From assembly GCF_009914755.1 (NCBI RefSeq), contig NC_060929.1: 64,000 nt of DNA. One strand, written 5' to 3'. Below the pieces are notes generated by a model. That model saw only the letters and a list, made by a program, of their open reading frames with translations. It searched no databases and was not told the origin of the DNA. This DNA comes from the human T2T-CHM13v2.0 reference genome, Homo sapiens. A program made the position numbers and the translations under genes. Of the stretch, positions 45,015 through 58,799 are shown one piece after another; within the stretch, counting starts at the first letter, position 1; each line of letters starts with the position of its first letter.

Positions 45015-45561
45015 TGTATTAGTCAAGATTCTCCAGAGAAACAGAACAAATAGAATGTATATACAGAAAGAAAAAGATTATTATAAAGAATTGGCTCTTA
45101 CAATTATGGAGACTGACAAGTCCCAAGATCTGCAAGATAAGTCAGACCCGGGAACCCAGAAGAGCTAATGTTGTAGATCCAGTCTGAGTTCAAAGGCCTA
45201 AGTATCAAGAGATCTATTTGCTTAGTTTCGGTCCCAGGAAGAGCTGATGTCTCAGTTCAAATAGAAAAAAGCCAATGACCCAGTTCAAAGGTAGTTTGGC
45301 ACGAGGAATTCTCTCTTACTCAGGAAAGGGTCAGCTCTTTGTTCTATTCAGGCCTTCAACTGACTACATGAGGCCCATCCACATTAGGGATGAGTAATCT
45401 GCTTTACTTAATGTGCTCTACTTAATTAAGATTTAAATCTTAATCTCATCCAAAAGCACGCCCATAATAATAATTATTTAAATTAATTAAATAATAATAT
45501 TTGACTGAATGTCTGGGCACCCCATGACCCAGTCAAGTTGATACATAAAATTAACCAACCC
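45015..45561 (-). mobile_element. MLT2 (C/D-like) solo LTR
   Basis: tgtattagtcaagattctccagagaaacagaac...ccagtcaagttgatacataaaattaacc. Confidence 0.85.
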
Positions 45562-47080
45562 AATTTCCCAAAAGCTGGGTTTTCATAAATCTGACTCATA
45601 AAATACAGTAAGTGGACCATTAGTCCACTTATTTTTTATCAGTATGAAATCCTTTTTCAGGAGCTATTCACTGGAGTTTTAAGAAAAATAGTTGCCTGAC
45701 ACACCACTAATCTAGAGGTCATATCCAGAGTGACATCATTTTATGAGAGATGACCACTGGTAAAGTGGTATATGTTTCCCAACTGTCACATAAATGGGAA
45801 AGGTGGGCCTGTTTCCTTTCTGAAGGTATTTCAATGAGGGGTTTTGTTATAAGAATATCTTTCTAACCTCCAGAGAGCCCAGCACACTCCAAAGGTAAGG
45901 AATGGCATGATGAGCAAATTCAATCCATTTAATTCTTCTATTCCATGACTTCTAATTGGTTATGTTAAACTGGGAATGCACCTCAGCTCAGGGTTATGAT
46001 TAGCCTCACAGATTGCTTTGTAGATGAAAGTCCTCAGAACTTTCCTATTAATAGTCCTCTATGGAGGGTATTGATCTTTGTGAGAAAACTGCTTGCATCC
46101 TGATGCATGCAAAACTTATGGCTTTTATTTTTATCTGTACCTTTGGATACTAAGGCAATTAATCCTCACAATACAAACAGGACTGATACACCTAATTTCT
46201 TAAGCCATTACCTCTTCCAGGTAAACCCTAGTGAGAACTTCTAGCCTTTATGCAAACCTCAAAAAAAAATTAGGAATACTTTTTAATGACTGAAAAGTGT
46301 ACATGGATCTAAACCTCCAAGGAAGGTGAGCATGGGGATTTGCTCAAGTTCTTCCCTGACCTTCTCTTGGCTCTGGAAAAGTTTGGATCACTTAGACAAT
46401 TTTGCCTGAGTGTCTAATTCATTGAGGACAAAAAGGAATCCCAGCCAGTGATGGCAAAAGGGGCATCATCACACAAGCATGAAGCTCCCAGGACAACCCT
46501 CCCTACCTACCAAAGACTACACCATTTATTTATTCCAATCAATCCAGAAAAGGAGGAAGGCAGTGAAATTGCTTAAAGCCAACACCGAGAGCTGAACTTA
46601 AACTCAAGGGACATGTGAAGGCCTAGACTTTATTACAATTGCATAATAAAGTGGCACTATTGATTTATTTAAACATTACCTCACTGGCAATAGCAAATAT
46701 TCTGATATTAAAAACATTAACCTGAACAATGATGATAAATTTCCTTCAGAGAGACATGTTGTGGTCTCTTTATACCATCAGTAAAACCATGCCATCCGCT
46801 GGCTAATGTAATAACACACACCCAGACACCCCCATACATACACTTAAACTACTTTTGGAGGATATGAGAAGCTTGTTTTTCAAACAATAAGTCGATAAGA
46901 TTCCACTCTGAGAATCATCAACATCCAGAAAGAGCAGCTCACTCCTTTTAATTCAAGTCCCAGATATTTATAGATCAAGGAAAAGATTCATCACTTAGGT
47001 AGAAAGCTGCTTTCAGTTACTTTTCTTCTTTTTTTCTTAAATCTCTTTTAAATGGAAAGCAGCCATCTTTTGGCTATAAA

Positions 47081-47098
47081 TAGATAGAAGATAGATAG

Positions 47099-47144
<46 letters not shown>
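47081..47144. repeat. (GATA)n STR
   Basis: About 11 perfect GATA units preceded by gatagaa variants. Confidence 0.95.
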
Positions 47145-48201
47145 TCATTATTTACTTTTGAATTTAATTAAAAACATAAAAGATTAAAAAGCCAACATGC
47201 TTTTACTGCCATTTTGTTATTGTACATCAGATAAGAAAAAGGAGAACACAGATCTCTGCAGAATAATGCAGAGAGTGGCTTGAAGCTGTGTGTGAGGTGG
47301 AATTATGTTGTGAGAGTGGGGGTCATGGGAAGAGGAACCATTGTAAACTAACTGGCTAGCTAGAGCCTGTCTAGGCATCTGTGGAAGGGGAAGGCAGGAA
47401 CAGAGCAGAAATAATAGGAGAAAGAAGAGAGAAGCAGCTGGAAAACTGAAAAAGAAAAACAAACACGCTAGGGAAAACAACACAGTGGTTGCAAAGTAGA
47501 GGAAAAGTAAGTCCAAAAATGGTAAAGTGAGGATTATTATCCAAGCACCTCTGACAATAAGAACTTACTGAAAAAGTTGAATTAATGAAATCAAATATTT
47601 CTTCAAGTCAATCAAAATATGAAACTGACTCTTGTTCCTTGTCAGAAATCAATGTAATTTTAAAAGACTAAGTCCTTCTTTGGGAACAGTACTCTCCTAG
47701 CAATGTTGAGCTATTTTTTAAAAAATTATCATCAATAAAACACAAACTAAAAATCTCATTGGCAATGAAACCAGTCAAAAACCTTAGGTTGAAAATCATT
47801 TAATGTGTCTGTTTTAATGATTTATGCTAAGCTTAAATAATGATTGGATAAAAAAAATCTAAATAAGGCTGAGATTTTACAAATAAGACCTTCAACAGAA
47901 CATGTTACAGAGAAGAGAAACATACATTCTCAGCTCGAAGAGTTTTTATGTGAATTACATGTAAACCCCAGGAAAAAATGAGATGTTCTGAGATTTAGTA
48001 AAGCCATCTTGGATCCTCTAGCAATAAGTAGAAGACCGTCTCAATGATTACTTCCAAAACTCTATTCTTTAATGGGTATGGAATATTTATTTACTTCAGC
48101 TTAACTGTTTTAATAAAGGGTTTTATCTTTTTTTTTTTTCCTTTAGAACTGCTCATGGTCTACTCATAAATGTGACTCTTGTCAGAAATCAAGCTATACT
48201 A

Positions 48202-48217
48202 TGACATCTGGTGGTCA
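48202..48217 (-). promoter_or_regulatory. Candidate CTCF core motif
   Basis: tgacatctggtggtca (reverse: tgaccaccagatgtca); motif match only. Confidence 0.3.
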
Positions 48218-48529
48218 CATACCTAAATTGAATGTTCTATATTTTGGAGAAATGAATGTTATTCCACAAACTTAAATAATAGAATGGTAAAAGAAGTAAT
48301 AGAAAATACCATTAATCAAAGTCCTAAAAATAAACGTTTGCATAATTGGGCTCACTAAAAGAAGGCGTTTTTAAAGTTCCATTTTGAGGGGCCCAGTTCA
48401 GAAGCAGTCTGAAATCTGATGCAATGTTATGAACGACTTCATGTCAACTGATCAGACCCTCAGAAGATGGTGCTGGCTGAGGCCCTGAGAGTCAGAAAGG
48501 AAATTATATACTTGGAATATGTCTCTCAT

Positions 48530-51066
48530 ATATAACTCATTCTATGAGGCCAGTATCTTCCTGATAGCAAAACCTGCCAGATACACAACTAAAATAGAAA
48601 ACTGTAGACCTATATCCTTGATAAACATAGATTCAAAAATTCTCAACAAAATACTAGTAAACCATATCCAGCAGCAATACATTAGAAAGCTAGGCCACCA
48701 TGATCAAGTAGGTTTTATCCCTGGGATGCAAGGTTGGTTCAACATACACAAATCAATAAATGTGTTTCATCACATAAACAGAACTAAAAACAGAAACCAC
48801 GTGATCATCTCAATACATGCAGAAAAGACTTTTGATAAGATTCAACATCTTTCATATTTAAAACCATCAACAAACTAGGCATTGGAGGACCATACCTCAA
48901 AATAATAAGAGCCAATCTATGACAAACCCACAGCCAACATACTGAATGGGCAAAACCTGGAAGTATTCCCCTTGAAAGCTGGAACAAGACAAGGAAGTAT
49001 GCCCATTCTCACCGCTCTTATTCAATATAGTACTAGAAGTCCTAGCCTGAGCAATCAGGCAAGGGGAAGAAACAAAAGGCATCTAAATAGGAAGAGAGGA
49101 AGTCAAACTATCTTTGAGTGCAGATGATATTATTCTATACCTAGAAAACCTCTTGGTCTCTGCCTGAAAGCTCCTAGATCCAATAACGAACTTCAGAAAA
49201 CTTTCAGGACACAAAATCAATGTAGAAAAGTCAATAGCATTTCTTTACACAAACAACATCCAAGCTGAGAGCCAAACCAAGAACATAATCCCATTCCCTA
49301 TAGCCACAAAAAATAATAAAATACCTAAGAATACGGCTAACCAGAGAGGCAAAAAAATCTCTACAAGAAGAATTACAAAACACTGCTCAAAGAAATCAAA
49401 GATGACATAAACAAATGGAAAAACATTCCATGCTCCTGGACAGGAAGAATCAATGTTGTTAAAATGGCCATACTGACCAAAGCCATTTATAGACTCAATG
49501 CTATTCCTATCAAACACCAGTGACATTCTTCACAGAATTAGAAAAAACTATTTAAAAATTCATATGGAACCAAAACAGAGCCTGAATAACAGAGGCAATC
49601 CTAAGCAAAAAGAGCAAAGTGGGAGACATCACATTACCCCATTTAAAACTGTACTACAAGGCTACAGTAACCAAAACAGCATGGTACTGGTACAAAGACA
49701 GACACACAGACCAATGGAACAGAATAGAGAGCCTAGAAATAACACTGTACACCTACAACCATCTGATCTTTGACAAAGCCAACAAAAACAAGCAATGGGG
49801 AAAGGATTCCCTATTCAATAAATAGTGCTGGGATAACTGGCTAGCCATATGCAAAAGATTGAAACAGGATCCCTTCCTTATATTATATACAAAAGTCAAC
49901 TCAAGATAGATTATAGAGTTAAGTGTAAAACCCAAAACTATAAAAACCCTGGAAGACAACATAAGCAATACTATTCTGTAAATAGAAACTGGTAAAGATT
50001 TTATGACAAAAACACCAAAAACAACTTCAACAAAAGTAAAAATTGACAAATGGTACTTAAACTAAAGATCTTCTGCACAGCAAAAGAAACTTTCAACAAA
50101 GGAAGGAGATCACCTACAGAATGGTTGAAAATATTTGCAAACTATGCATCCAACAAAGGTCTAAAATCCAGAATCTATAATGTACTCAAACAAACTAACA
50201 AGCAAAAAGCAAACAATTCCATTAAAAAGTTGGCAAAGGACATAGACACTTTCGAAAAGAAGACGGACACATGGCCAACAAGCATAGGAAAAAAATGCTC
50301 AACATCACTAATCATTAGAGAAATCCAAATCAAAATCACAATGAAATGCCTCTGACACCATTCAGGTTTATTATTAAAAAATAAAAATAAAAAAACAGAT
50401 GCTGGTGAGATTGTGGATAAAAAGGAACACTTATACACTGCTGGTGAGAATGTTAATTAGTTCAACCATTGTGGAAAGCAGTTTGGCAATTTCTCAAAGA
50501 ACTTAAAACAAAACTACCATTTGACCTGGCAATCCCATCACTAGGTTTATGCCAAAAGGAATATAATTATTCTACCATAAAGACACATGATTGCATATGT
50601 TCATTACAGCACTACTCACAATAGCAAAGAAATGGCATTGATCTAAATGTCCATCAATGGTGGACTGGATAAAGAATGTGGTACATATACACGATGATAT
50701 ATTATACAGCCATTAAAAAGAATGAGATCATGTTCTTTGCAGCAATATGGATGGAACTAGAGGCCATTTTCCTAAGCAAACCAGTGCAGGAACATAAAAT
50801 CAAATAATGCATGTTCTAACTTATAAGTGGGAGCTAAACATTGAGTACACATGGACACAAAGAAGAGAACAACAGACACCAGGGTCTACTTGTGGGTGAA
50901 AAGTGGGAGGAGGGTGAGAATCAAGAAGCTTCCTATCAAGTACTATGCTTAGTACCTGAGTGATGTAGATTATTTCATCTATACAACAAACCCCGATGAC
51001 GCACAATTTAGCTATTTAACAAACCTGCGCATGTGCCCCTGAACCTAAAGCAAAAGTTTAAAAAAT
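48530..51066 (+). mobile_element. L1PA15/16-like, 5'-truncated
   Basis: ORF2 fragments (NSFYEASI...[17 protein letters not shown]) and 3'UTR gggagctaaacattgagtacacatggacacaaagaag...tgaacctaaagcaaaagtt. Confidence 0.88.
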
Positions 51067-52840
51067 TAGAAACTAAATAAGCAAATAAATAAATGCTGAA
51101 TGTATGAATGACAAAGAGGCTCGGGGTGGTTAAATGAGTTTCCCAAACTTATGTATTAATATTTTTGGTAAATATAAAGTGTCAAGATTTCAATCCATTC
51201 TGTCTTCTCTAAAACCTAGATGCTCTCATTGATACCGCAGTGATTGGTAGGCAAACTTTAAGAGGTTTAATAGGTTAACTGTCTCTTCATGTGGATGTCC
51301 TTTATAATTTAGTTAACTTACTTTGGCATGAAATCTCTTTCTTGAGCTGCAGGAAGCCCAGCTGCAGGATCTATTTTCCACACAGTGCTAGAGTCCTTGG
51401 AATACTTTGAGACACATATGTCCTCCTAAACTCCTAAAAAAGAAAAAGAAAATCTTCATTAGGAAAATACCTGTATCTTTTCCCTATTCTCCTAGGAGTC
51501 TGATAAAATTTTTATCCATTTATATTCCCTTGCAAAGCAAATGATCATATTTAGCTTCCTGATGAGATCTTTTCTAATTATGATTTTGTGCCTTATTGCA
51601 TATCACTAATATCTACCAATATTCTACACTGAGAGATTTAATTCACATCCTCACATTTGCTTCTGCATTAATCCACACTTGAGGCATGAATTCTAGAGTC
51701 AATTTCCTTCGGATGCATTGCAGCCCTTTGGTCTAACTTTAACCCAGAATATGCCAGACCTCTGAATTGTGTCTAGTTTAATCCCTAAATGTTAGAATCT
51801 ATGTTCAACCTTCAACCTTCCACCCAGTTCTTTTATCTTTCCATACATTTAATTTACCATACACCCATCATGTTCTACCCAGTATTTATGGGTATTAAAT
51901 ACATATAACTTAAAAAACAAACTTGTATAAATCTCTTCCTTATGTAAGTTTTTAGGGTAGTAATAGGCCTAGATTAAAATAATTTTCACCATCCATGGAC
52001 TACCTGCCTCTAAACATGAGAATATAAACCCATGATCAAGCTATTACCTACAGCCGGTCCTGACTGATGGGGTGAGGAGACAAAAAAGGAAAGCAACTGG
52101 AGCACATTACAGGTTGCTTGCAAGAATATATAAGGTCATCAGGACAGGGTTCTAAAGGGAAAGAAAACATGTAAAAGGGAGAAGATAGTCATTAGAGAAA
52201 AAACAATCTTGACTGTGTTAATACTTGTCCCAAGGCCCGGTCCAACCCCTTCAAAAGCCTGATGACTATTGACCACAGTGGGGATTAAACATAAGCTGCA
52301 CAGCAAAAAGCAACTCTCTGAGCAACTCTCCCTGTAGGACAGGTTTCTTACTTCTCCACAGAAAAGTGTTCCTTGCTGCCATTTTTCTGTTTCATTAGGT
52401 AAAACTCATTTCATAACTCTCAAACTAACTTCAAACCATTTATCATGTTTATGTTTCAAAAAGCCTTTTTCATTGCCAAGCAAATAGAGGATAATAAAAA
52501 TGGCTGGATTCATTTCAGTCCAGGAGCAATGGATTCTCATTTATTTTCAGTACTAAATCAAAACATGACTGAGTTTGGTTTCTACTTTTAAAGAAATTAT
52601 ACTGATTTTAACTACACTGCATGTATAAAAGTGCCTGTGAAGAGATGGCCAATCCTTAATAAAAACCCAAGCCATGGAAGTTTGCTGACTTCTTACCATC
52701 TCTCCTAGGTCCTGGGGCAGAAAATGTTTCTTCCATATCACTAGAAGGTACAATTCCCTAAACTCCATGAGCACCCATGGGATCATTGGTTTAGTCTGTT
52801 ACTGTGGAAATCATATCCTAGGACAAGTCAAGAGCCAAAT

Positions 52841-53060
52841 CAGGGGAACAGGGTGAGGCAAGAGAGGCACTCACCTCAGGCTCAAAATTTAAGATGGGTA
52901 AAAAAATAGGTTATTAAGATAAATAATATTTATGTGATATTTTTGAAAAAGCAATGACCCAAAATCCATGATGAAGAAAATATCAAAGTTTTTAATACAA
53001 ACAGAATCTGACCCTGCATGTGCATGACACCTTACTCATCTCATCCTAATCCCAGCTCTG
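52841..53060 (+). mobile_element. ORSL-like hAT-Tip100 MITE
   Basis: agggtgaggcaagagaggcactcacctcagg..caaaatttaag...aaaatccatgatgaa...tcatctcatcctaatcccagctctg with subterminal inverted repeats. Confidence 0.55.
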
Positions 53061-54485
53061 ATATCAAGTTGGGCTGGAAGGTCTCCATTGGGTCAGATGT
53101 AATCCTTCCTGTATTTGGGGGACAGTTGCAAAATAAAAGCACAGAGAAAAAAGGCAACAACCATTGAGGTGTAACCTTGGGAAGGATACTGACTATTTAT
53201 AGAGTATGCAAGGCCCCACATGGATCTCATTAATGGCTTTCCCAGAAAATCAGTGCCTTCCTCCTCCCATCATTCCATCTCCAGAAACATGTTGATGTTT
53301 ACCTGGCCTCTGCATGTTCAAACATAGCCTAGGATATTTCCATACCACCATGCCCTCAGACAGGACATCCTTGCTCCAGCTCCACTGGCAGTGATGTGCC
53401 CCTATAGCTTCTGAGCCTTGATGATGCCCAGAGATCCCCTCTGAACCCAGGCTTTTCTCAGGTCCCACTTTATCTTGAGCCCAAGCCCTTCTAATTCTAA
53501 CATAGCGTGGTTAAAAAAAAAATTGATGTCAGTAGGCAACAGTGACCTGATATTTTTCTATTTTTCTAATATTTGGAAAAATATAACACCATGATTCTTT
53601 TTTCTGTTTTCATTAAGGTAACCCAATAACATGACTTCCAATTAACAGATGTCTCATTCCTCCCTTAGGTGTGGCCAGAACCACCCAGGCTGAATAGGTC
53701 TTTTTTGTGAAACCTTCGTTAGTGCAAATGGTACAGTAGGTAAAAATGGAACTTCATACCCAGGTCTTGTTTTAAATATGATTGCCATATGTACTTGTGA
53801 GTCATACGTTATGTTTCTAGGCAGTCCTGCCAGCAACAATGCCAGATTAAGGAAGGTCTCCAACCTGAGGCATTAACTAGAGAAAATAATTTCTTCCTTC
53901 AGTTCTGTCCTCACAGAGTACTATATTTTGAAAATAAAAACAACCCATATGCCCATGTGGATCACACAGCAGTGTGCATTGCTACAAAAGCAAATGTTCC
54001 CAAAAACTTATAGACCATATTTGAAGGCAGTCTTCCTGATCTCCTGATGGTTGCTCTAAATAATATAATTGGACCATCACTAATGCCATTTGATTTAAGC
54101 AAAACTAATCCTTGAAATCCAAAAAGATTTCTGAAGTTCCCTTTTTAGAGACTAGACACTATAATTTTTCATAAGTTTATGTTAAAATGGGCTTCAATTT
54201 GTTGTTTTCCTCTAGTAGCTTTTTATATGAGTTTCTTTTCTAAGGCCAAACATTGAACATTATGTCATATTTATAAGGATTCTGAACACTTGCTTCATAC
54301 CAAAAATGGTTATGATGTTATGGTTTTCTTAACTTTTTATGGGACAGACACATTGTCTCTCCACTTCTCACATTTCAATCTTTTTCTTGCTTCTGAAAAA
54401 TTGTACCAAATAGAGATAGGAATTGCATCTAATTTAGCTTATTCCTTTTTTCCTTATTATGTATCATTATTGTTCTCTACCGTGG

Positions 54486-54873
54486 AGGGAGACTAGCTCT
54501 GCATATACTGTGGTACCTCAAAGGGAGGTTGGCTCTGTATATATTGTGGAACCTCAGAGGAAGGCTGGCTCTGCATATACTGTGGAATCTCAAAGGGAGG
54601 GTGGCTCTGCATATACTGTGATACCGCAGAGGGAGAATGGCTCTGCATATACTATGGAACCTCAAAGGGAAGCTGGCTTTGTATATATTGTAGAACCTTA
54701 GAGTGGGGTGCAGGGCTCTGGATAAACTGTGAAACCTCAGAGAGAAGGTGGCTCTGTATATACTGTGGAATCTCAGAGGGAAGGTGGCTCTGTTCATACT
54801 GTGGAACCTCAGAGGGAGGCTAGCTCTGTGTATACTGTGGAAATTCAGAGGGACTTGGCTCTGTATATACCGC
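54486..54873. repeat. 36-bp minisatellite, ~10.7 copies
   Basis: Consensus agggaggNtggctctgYatatactgtggaacctcaR; one 39-bp unit at 54702-54740. Confidence 0.95.
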
Positions 54874-56161
54874 AATGGCCATTTGCTAGTACAGGAGGAG
54901 GGGAAAGCATGCCTTGAAGCTGACTAATAGATGGCTATTTTGCCTTTCCATCAAGCAACACTTGAGAAGCTGGTTGTTCTCAGTAATATTGTTCATCACA
55001 TTATGCTACAGTCTTTAACTACTGAAGGAAATTGGTTGTCTAAGGTCACAAAGGAGACAAAGTAATCTTTTATTTTGCATGGGGTTTTAATATTTTTTTT
55101 TGCCCCAGGCATAACAGCCACTCAGAAACCTGCCTCATTATCCATGTCTCCTTCTGCCTTCTGCATCCCATTTTATTCATCTCTCCATCTTCCTCCATCT
55201 TAATTTCTTGTCTCAGTTAAAATAGACAGTAAGAGAAAAGGCTAGCACTCCTAGGATCTAAGTGAGAAGTGGTGGTGAGGATAAGAATGGCTGGGGTTGA
55301 AGCATTCCTATGTTTTTTTTCCTCTGATTCAGGTGTGGGGGTCTGTTAGACAGGTTTTCTTGTTTTCTGTAACAGTTACAGCAAGAAGTCTGAATATAGA
55401 ACCTGAACAAACCTGCTTCTGAAAGCAGACCGCAGATTATGATTATCTGGAACTCCAGGCTCAGTGAATATAGTCATTGCTGGTATACAGCCAGTCATTC
55501 AAGGGTTAGCTTAGGTAAACGCCTGCATTTGGCTGCAGTTAGCCTGGCCCAGACTGATAGATTCAGTTAGCATGAGACTATCCTCACAGACAGGTGTCTG
55601 CTTTCACTGTGACCCAACTCAGAGATCAAATACAATCACAGCTCTCCTGGAGTCAGCTTTTCATTCTGTTCTGTCACTAGGCTCTAGGATCCTTAGCAAT
55701 ATCAAAGGGTATTCCCACAGGGCATGATAAAGAAGGCCAGGCTGGCCCTCTAATTGAGCTAGCAGGACCACAGGAGTGTGGAAGTTATGATTCCTTTGAA
55801 ATGTGTGCTAACCTGTGTGGTGCAGCTGGGGTCCCAGCAGCACTCCATCACTGGCCTCACTTTTGCCAGTTTCATTCTAGAATTTGTGTTCCAAAAGAAA
55901 GACTTGAATAAACTCACTCATTTCATCAGAGATAACATACTTATTTTTAATGTGGGATAATATGCATTTATAGGCATTGTCTTAGTTTCTCTACCTTTTA
56001 ATGAAAGCAACTTAATCTATTCATTACACATGATTGTGCTCTCCATTAGATACAGCCTGGTGCTAATCAGGTCAACGACTTCATTGCCAGAAGGACCCAT
56101 TGGTTTTATCTCTTTCCAAGGCTTCATTACTCACAAATTCCAAAGAACCTGGAAATGTCTG

Positions 56162-56749
56162 TGTAAGGAACATGGCTGTGCTTTGGTCAAGGAATAGGCC
56201 AAGGTAAACAACCAGAGTGACTCAGTGAGTTTAGAGCGCAAGCATATAACTCCACTTGTTATCATAGCCACGTAGACATAACATAGAGAAGCTCACTGCC
56301 ATAGCCATAAAATAATGAAGGCTCATCACCTGGCTCTATGCCACTATTGTCTGTAAAAGGTATAATTGTCCTGTTGACACTGTGCAGGAGTGCTGGTGCC
56401 CAGAGAAAGAGAGAGAGCCAAAGCTGTCTATCTTTGCAGATGGACAGAGGGGAGCCAGGATACAGCTCGGCTCACTTGTGCCCAGAGAGAGAAAGAGTTA
56501 AGCTGCTAACCCTGAAGTCAGGGGAGAGCTGGCCGCACAGCTGTATGTGGGACCCGCTGGCTCAAGAAGCCGAGACAGGGCAGACAGTGTGAGAAAGCTG
56601 TTGATGAGAGCTGCTGCTGAATAAAATCATCCTTCACCTGCCTGTGGCCCTCCAAGTGTTCTTTGTGCTCATCCACCCACTCCCTCAGACCTCAGCATGT
56701 GCTGGAACCCAACCCTGGGCGTGACATTTGGCGAGTCATGAACCTGACT
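56162..56749 (+). mobile_element. LTR18B-like (ERVL) solo LTR
   Basis: tgtaaggaacatggctgtgctttggtcaagg...gtgactcag...aataaa...gtcatgaacctgac; 5-bp TSD gtctg at 56157-56161 and 56750-56754. Confidence 0.75.
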
Positions 56750-56914
56750 GTCTGCCATTGTCACATGAAGTACAAGAAGATGGATTTGAACTGGCCTTTC
56801 ATGGTATCCATATAACCTACACATACAAGAGACAACATTGATTTCTTGTTGTTGTCGCTGCTGTTGTTATACCACAGCATCACATGATGCTCTGGGATGG
56901 CCAAGAGAGGCAGC

Positions 56915-57140
56915 AGCCACAGGTAGAATGCATGGACCCAGAAGGCCTCAGTCCTTCCAGTTCCTAGGTGTGTGACTTTGGGTAAGTCACTCTCCTTCAG
57001 CTTCTTCATCTGTAAAATAAGGATGAAAAAAATTAATCCTTGTACCACTTTCTGCACAAGATTGTTTTGAAATTCACAATAGATCATGCACACAAAAGTG
57101 CTTTAAAAACTATAACATCTTTTAAAAATTACTGTTGTTA
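56915..57140 (+). mobile_element. MIR
   Basis: tgtgtgactttgggtaagtcactc...ttcttcatctgtaaaataagg. Confidence 0.75.
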
Positions 57141-58799
57141 TTGCCATTCACCATTTTAAACCATAATCTCCCATTATTCATGGGTAGAAATCATCAGGGC
57201 ACAGCTGGAGATAGTACACGATTCTTCAAGTTTAAAACCAGAACCATACAGTCATTGACTTGGAGTAGAAAGAAGATGGTCTTTCCTGTTACATAGAACC
57301 ATACTAGGACTGGATTCCAAGAGCCCACTCACTCCCAAAGCAGGAGAACCAGGTATGGAAAAAGAAATGGGTCCTCATCAATGAAGTCTGAGTTAGGAAA
57401 ATAACTGATGTATGGGGAATCCATTATTACCAGTAGAGAATTGGACCTAATTTAACAAGCACCTACTGAATTCGTGGCACAGAGGTATAAAAGAACTATG
57501 GCGCAGAACAGATAGGAGTGGAGTGGAACATTTCTGAGTGGGAAGATCTTTCTTCCATCAGCAAATATTTGCCATAGAAGTCCTAAGGATTTCTTAAAGT
57601 GACACAGGCTGTCATCACTAACTCTCATTTTTCCCATTACAAGAGATACTTATTGCCCTGAAATAGATAATTGATTAAAAATATCTGATTACTGAAACTT
57701 TGGGTTTCTGAGTAACCTTAGCTAAGTTCCCCAAACTGGTGATAGATGAGACATTGCCCAAGTCCCACCAGCACTTCATAGTCTCCACCATAGGCTGTGA
57801 GATAGAGAGCAAACTCAAAGCAATGTGTTTAGACAACATGGGTCATTCCCATGAGTCAAATTTGGGAAGCAGAGGTAAGTAAGGACCCCTGAGGATTTCT
57901 GACTTTGGCTTAGAATAGTTTTATTTTGTGGGCCTTTGGTCCATGGTGCTAATTAAGTGTGTCTGGAAGGGATATTCAATTTGCTGTGCTTCATTAAGTA
58001 TCTACTTACAACCTCACAAATAATAATTTTCAAATCTTTTACTAAGATATTTGAAAAACAAAACCATTAATCTATTTCTCTCTGGGTAATTTCAAAGCAT
58101 TTACCTCCATAGTACCCAAGAATTCAGACAAAGACAAATCTAATAACAAAGGAGAAGAAAATATCCTTGGTGTCTCCTAAAAAAAAAAAAGGAAACAAGA
58201 AAAATCTGAATAAATACAAACATGATTTGAGTACCTTTCTGTCTGCTGGATATAATACTGATATACAAAGAGCCAAGCTTTTTAGGATGCTAAGACTTTC
58301 TTCCCCTACTTTTGGTTGTTTAAATGAGATTCCTCTACTCCACCGAAAACATTTGCTGACTGACTTACTTCAGTCTGTTGTTGATCAGAATGAAGTTTAC
58401 ACAGGTTGGAGAATTTATCTTCCCTACAGCTTCCCAATGGAATATTTGTAACTAGTCAGGTGCAAAATATGTTGTTGATAGGACAGAGCCCCTTTGTGTG
58501 TGTGTGTGTGTCTCTTCCTCCCCAACCCCAATTCCAACCATGTTAGGAAGAGAGACAATATACTATTATTAAATGTCATTTGAGAAAATATGATCTCATG
58601 AATATTTCAGTTTGTCTATGAAATCAAAATTGCATTATCTGTGCTCTTCAGTGCTCACCATATAAGACACCTCATTTATTTGACTTTATCACAAAATAAG
58701 ATGTTTCAAATAAATACATTTTCCAGGTAACCATAACTTATCTATTAGAGCATTACAATGTGTTTTATTTGAACTACTTTACTTGAAAATGTTTCTAAA

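Noticed and set aside
53654-53890. Minus-strand 69-aa ORF and a possible 105-nt AG..GT exon
   Set aside because: No recognisable protein; the exon-like frame has four stops; no independent support
54486-54873. CRISPR-like regular 36-bp periodicity
   Set aside because: Head-to-tail tandem units with no unique spacers, human DNA, no cas genes
57280-57880. Plus-strand splice-like signals (catAG..cag|GTATGG; gag|GTAAGT)
   Set aside because: Isolated motifs with no ORF or other corroboration
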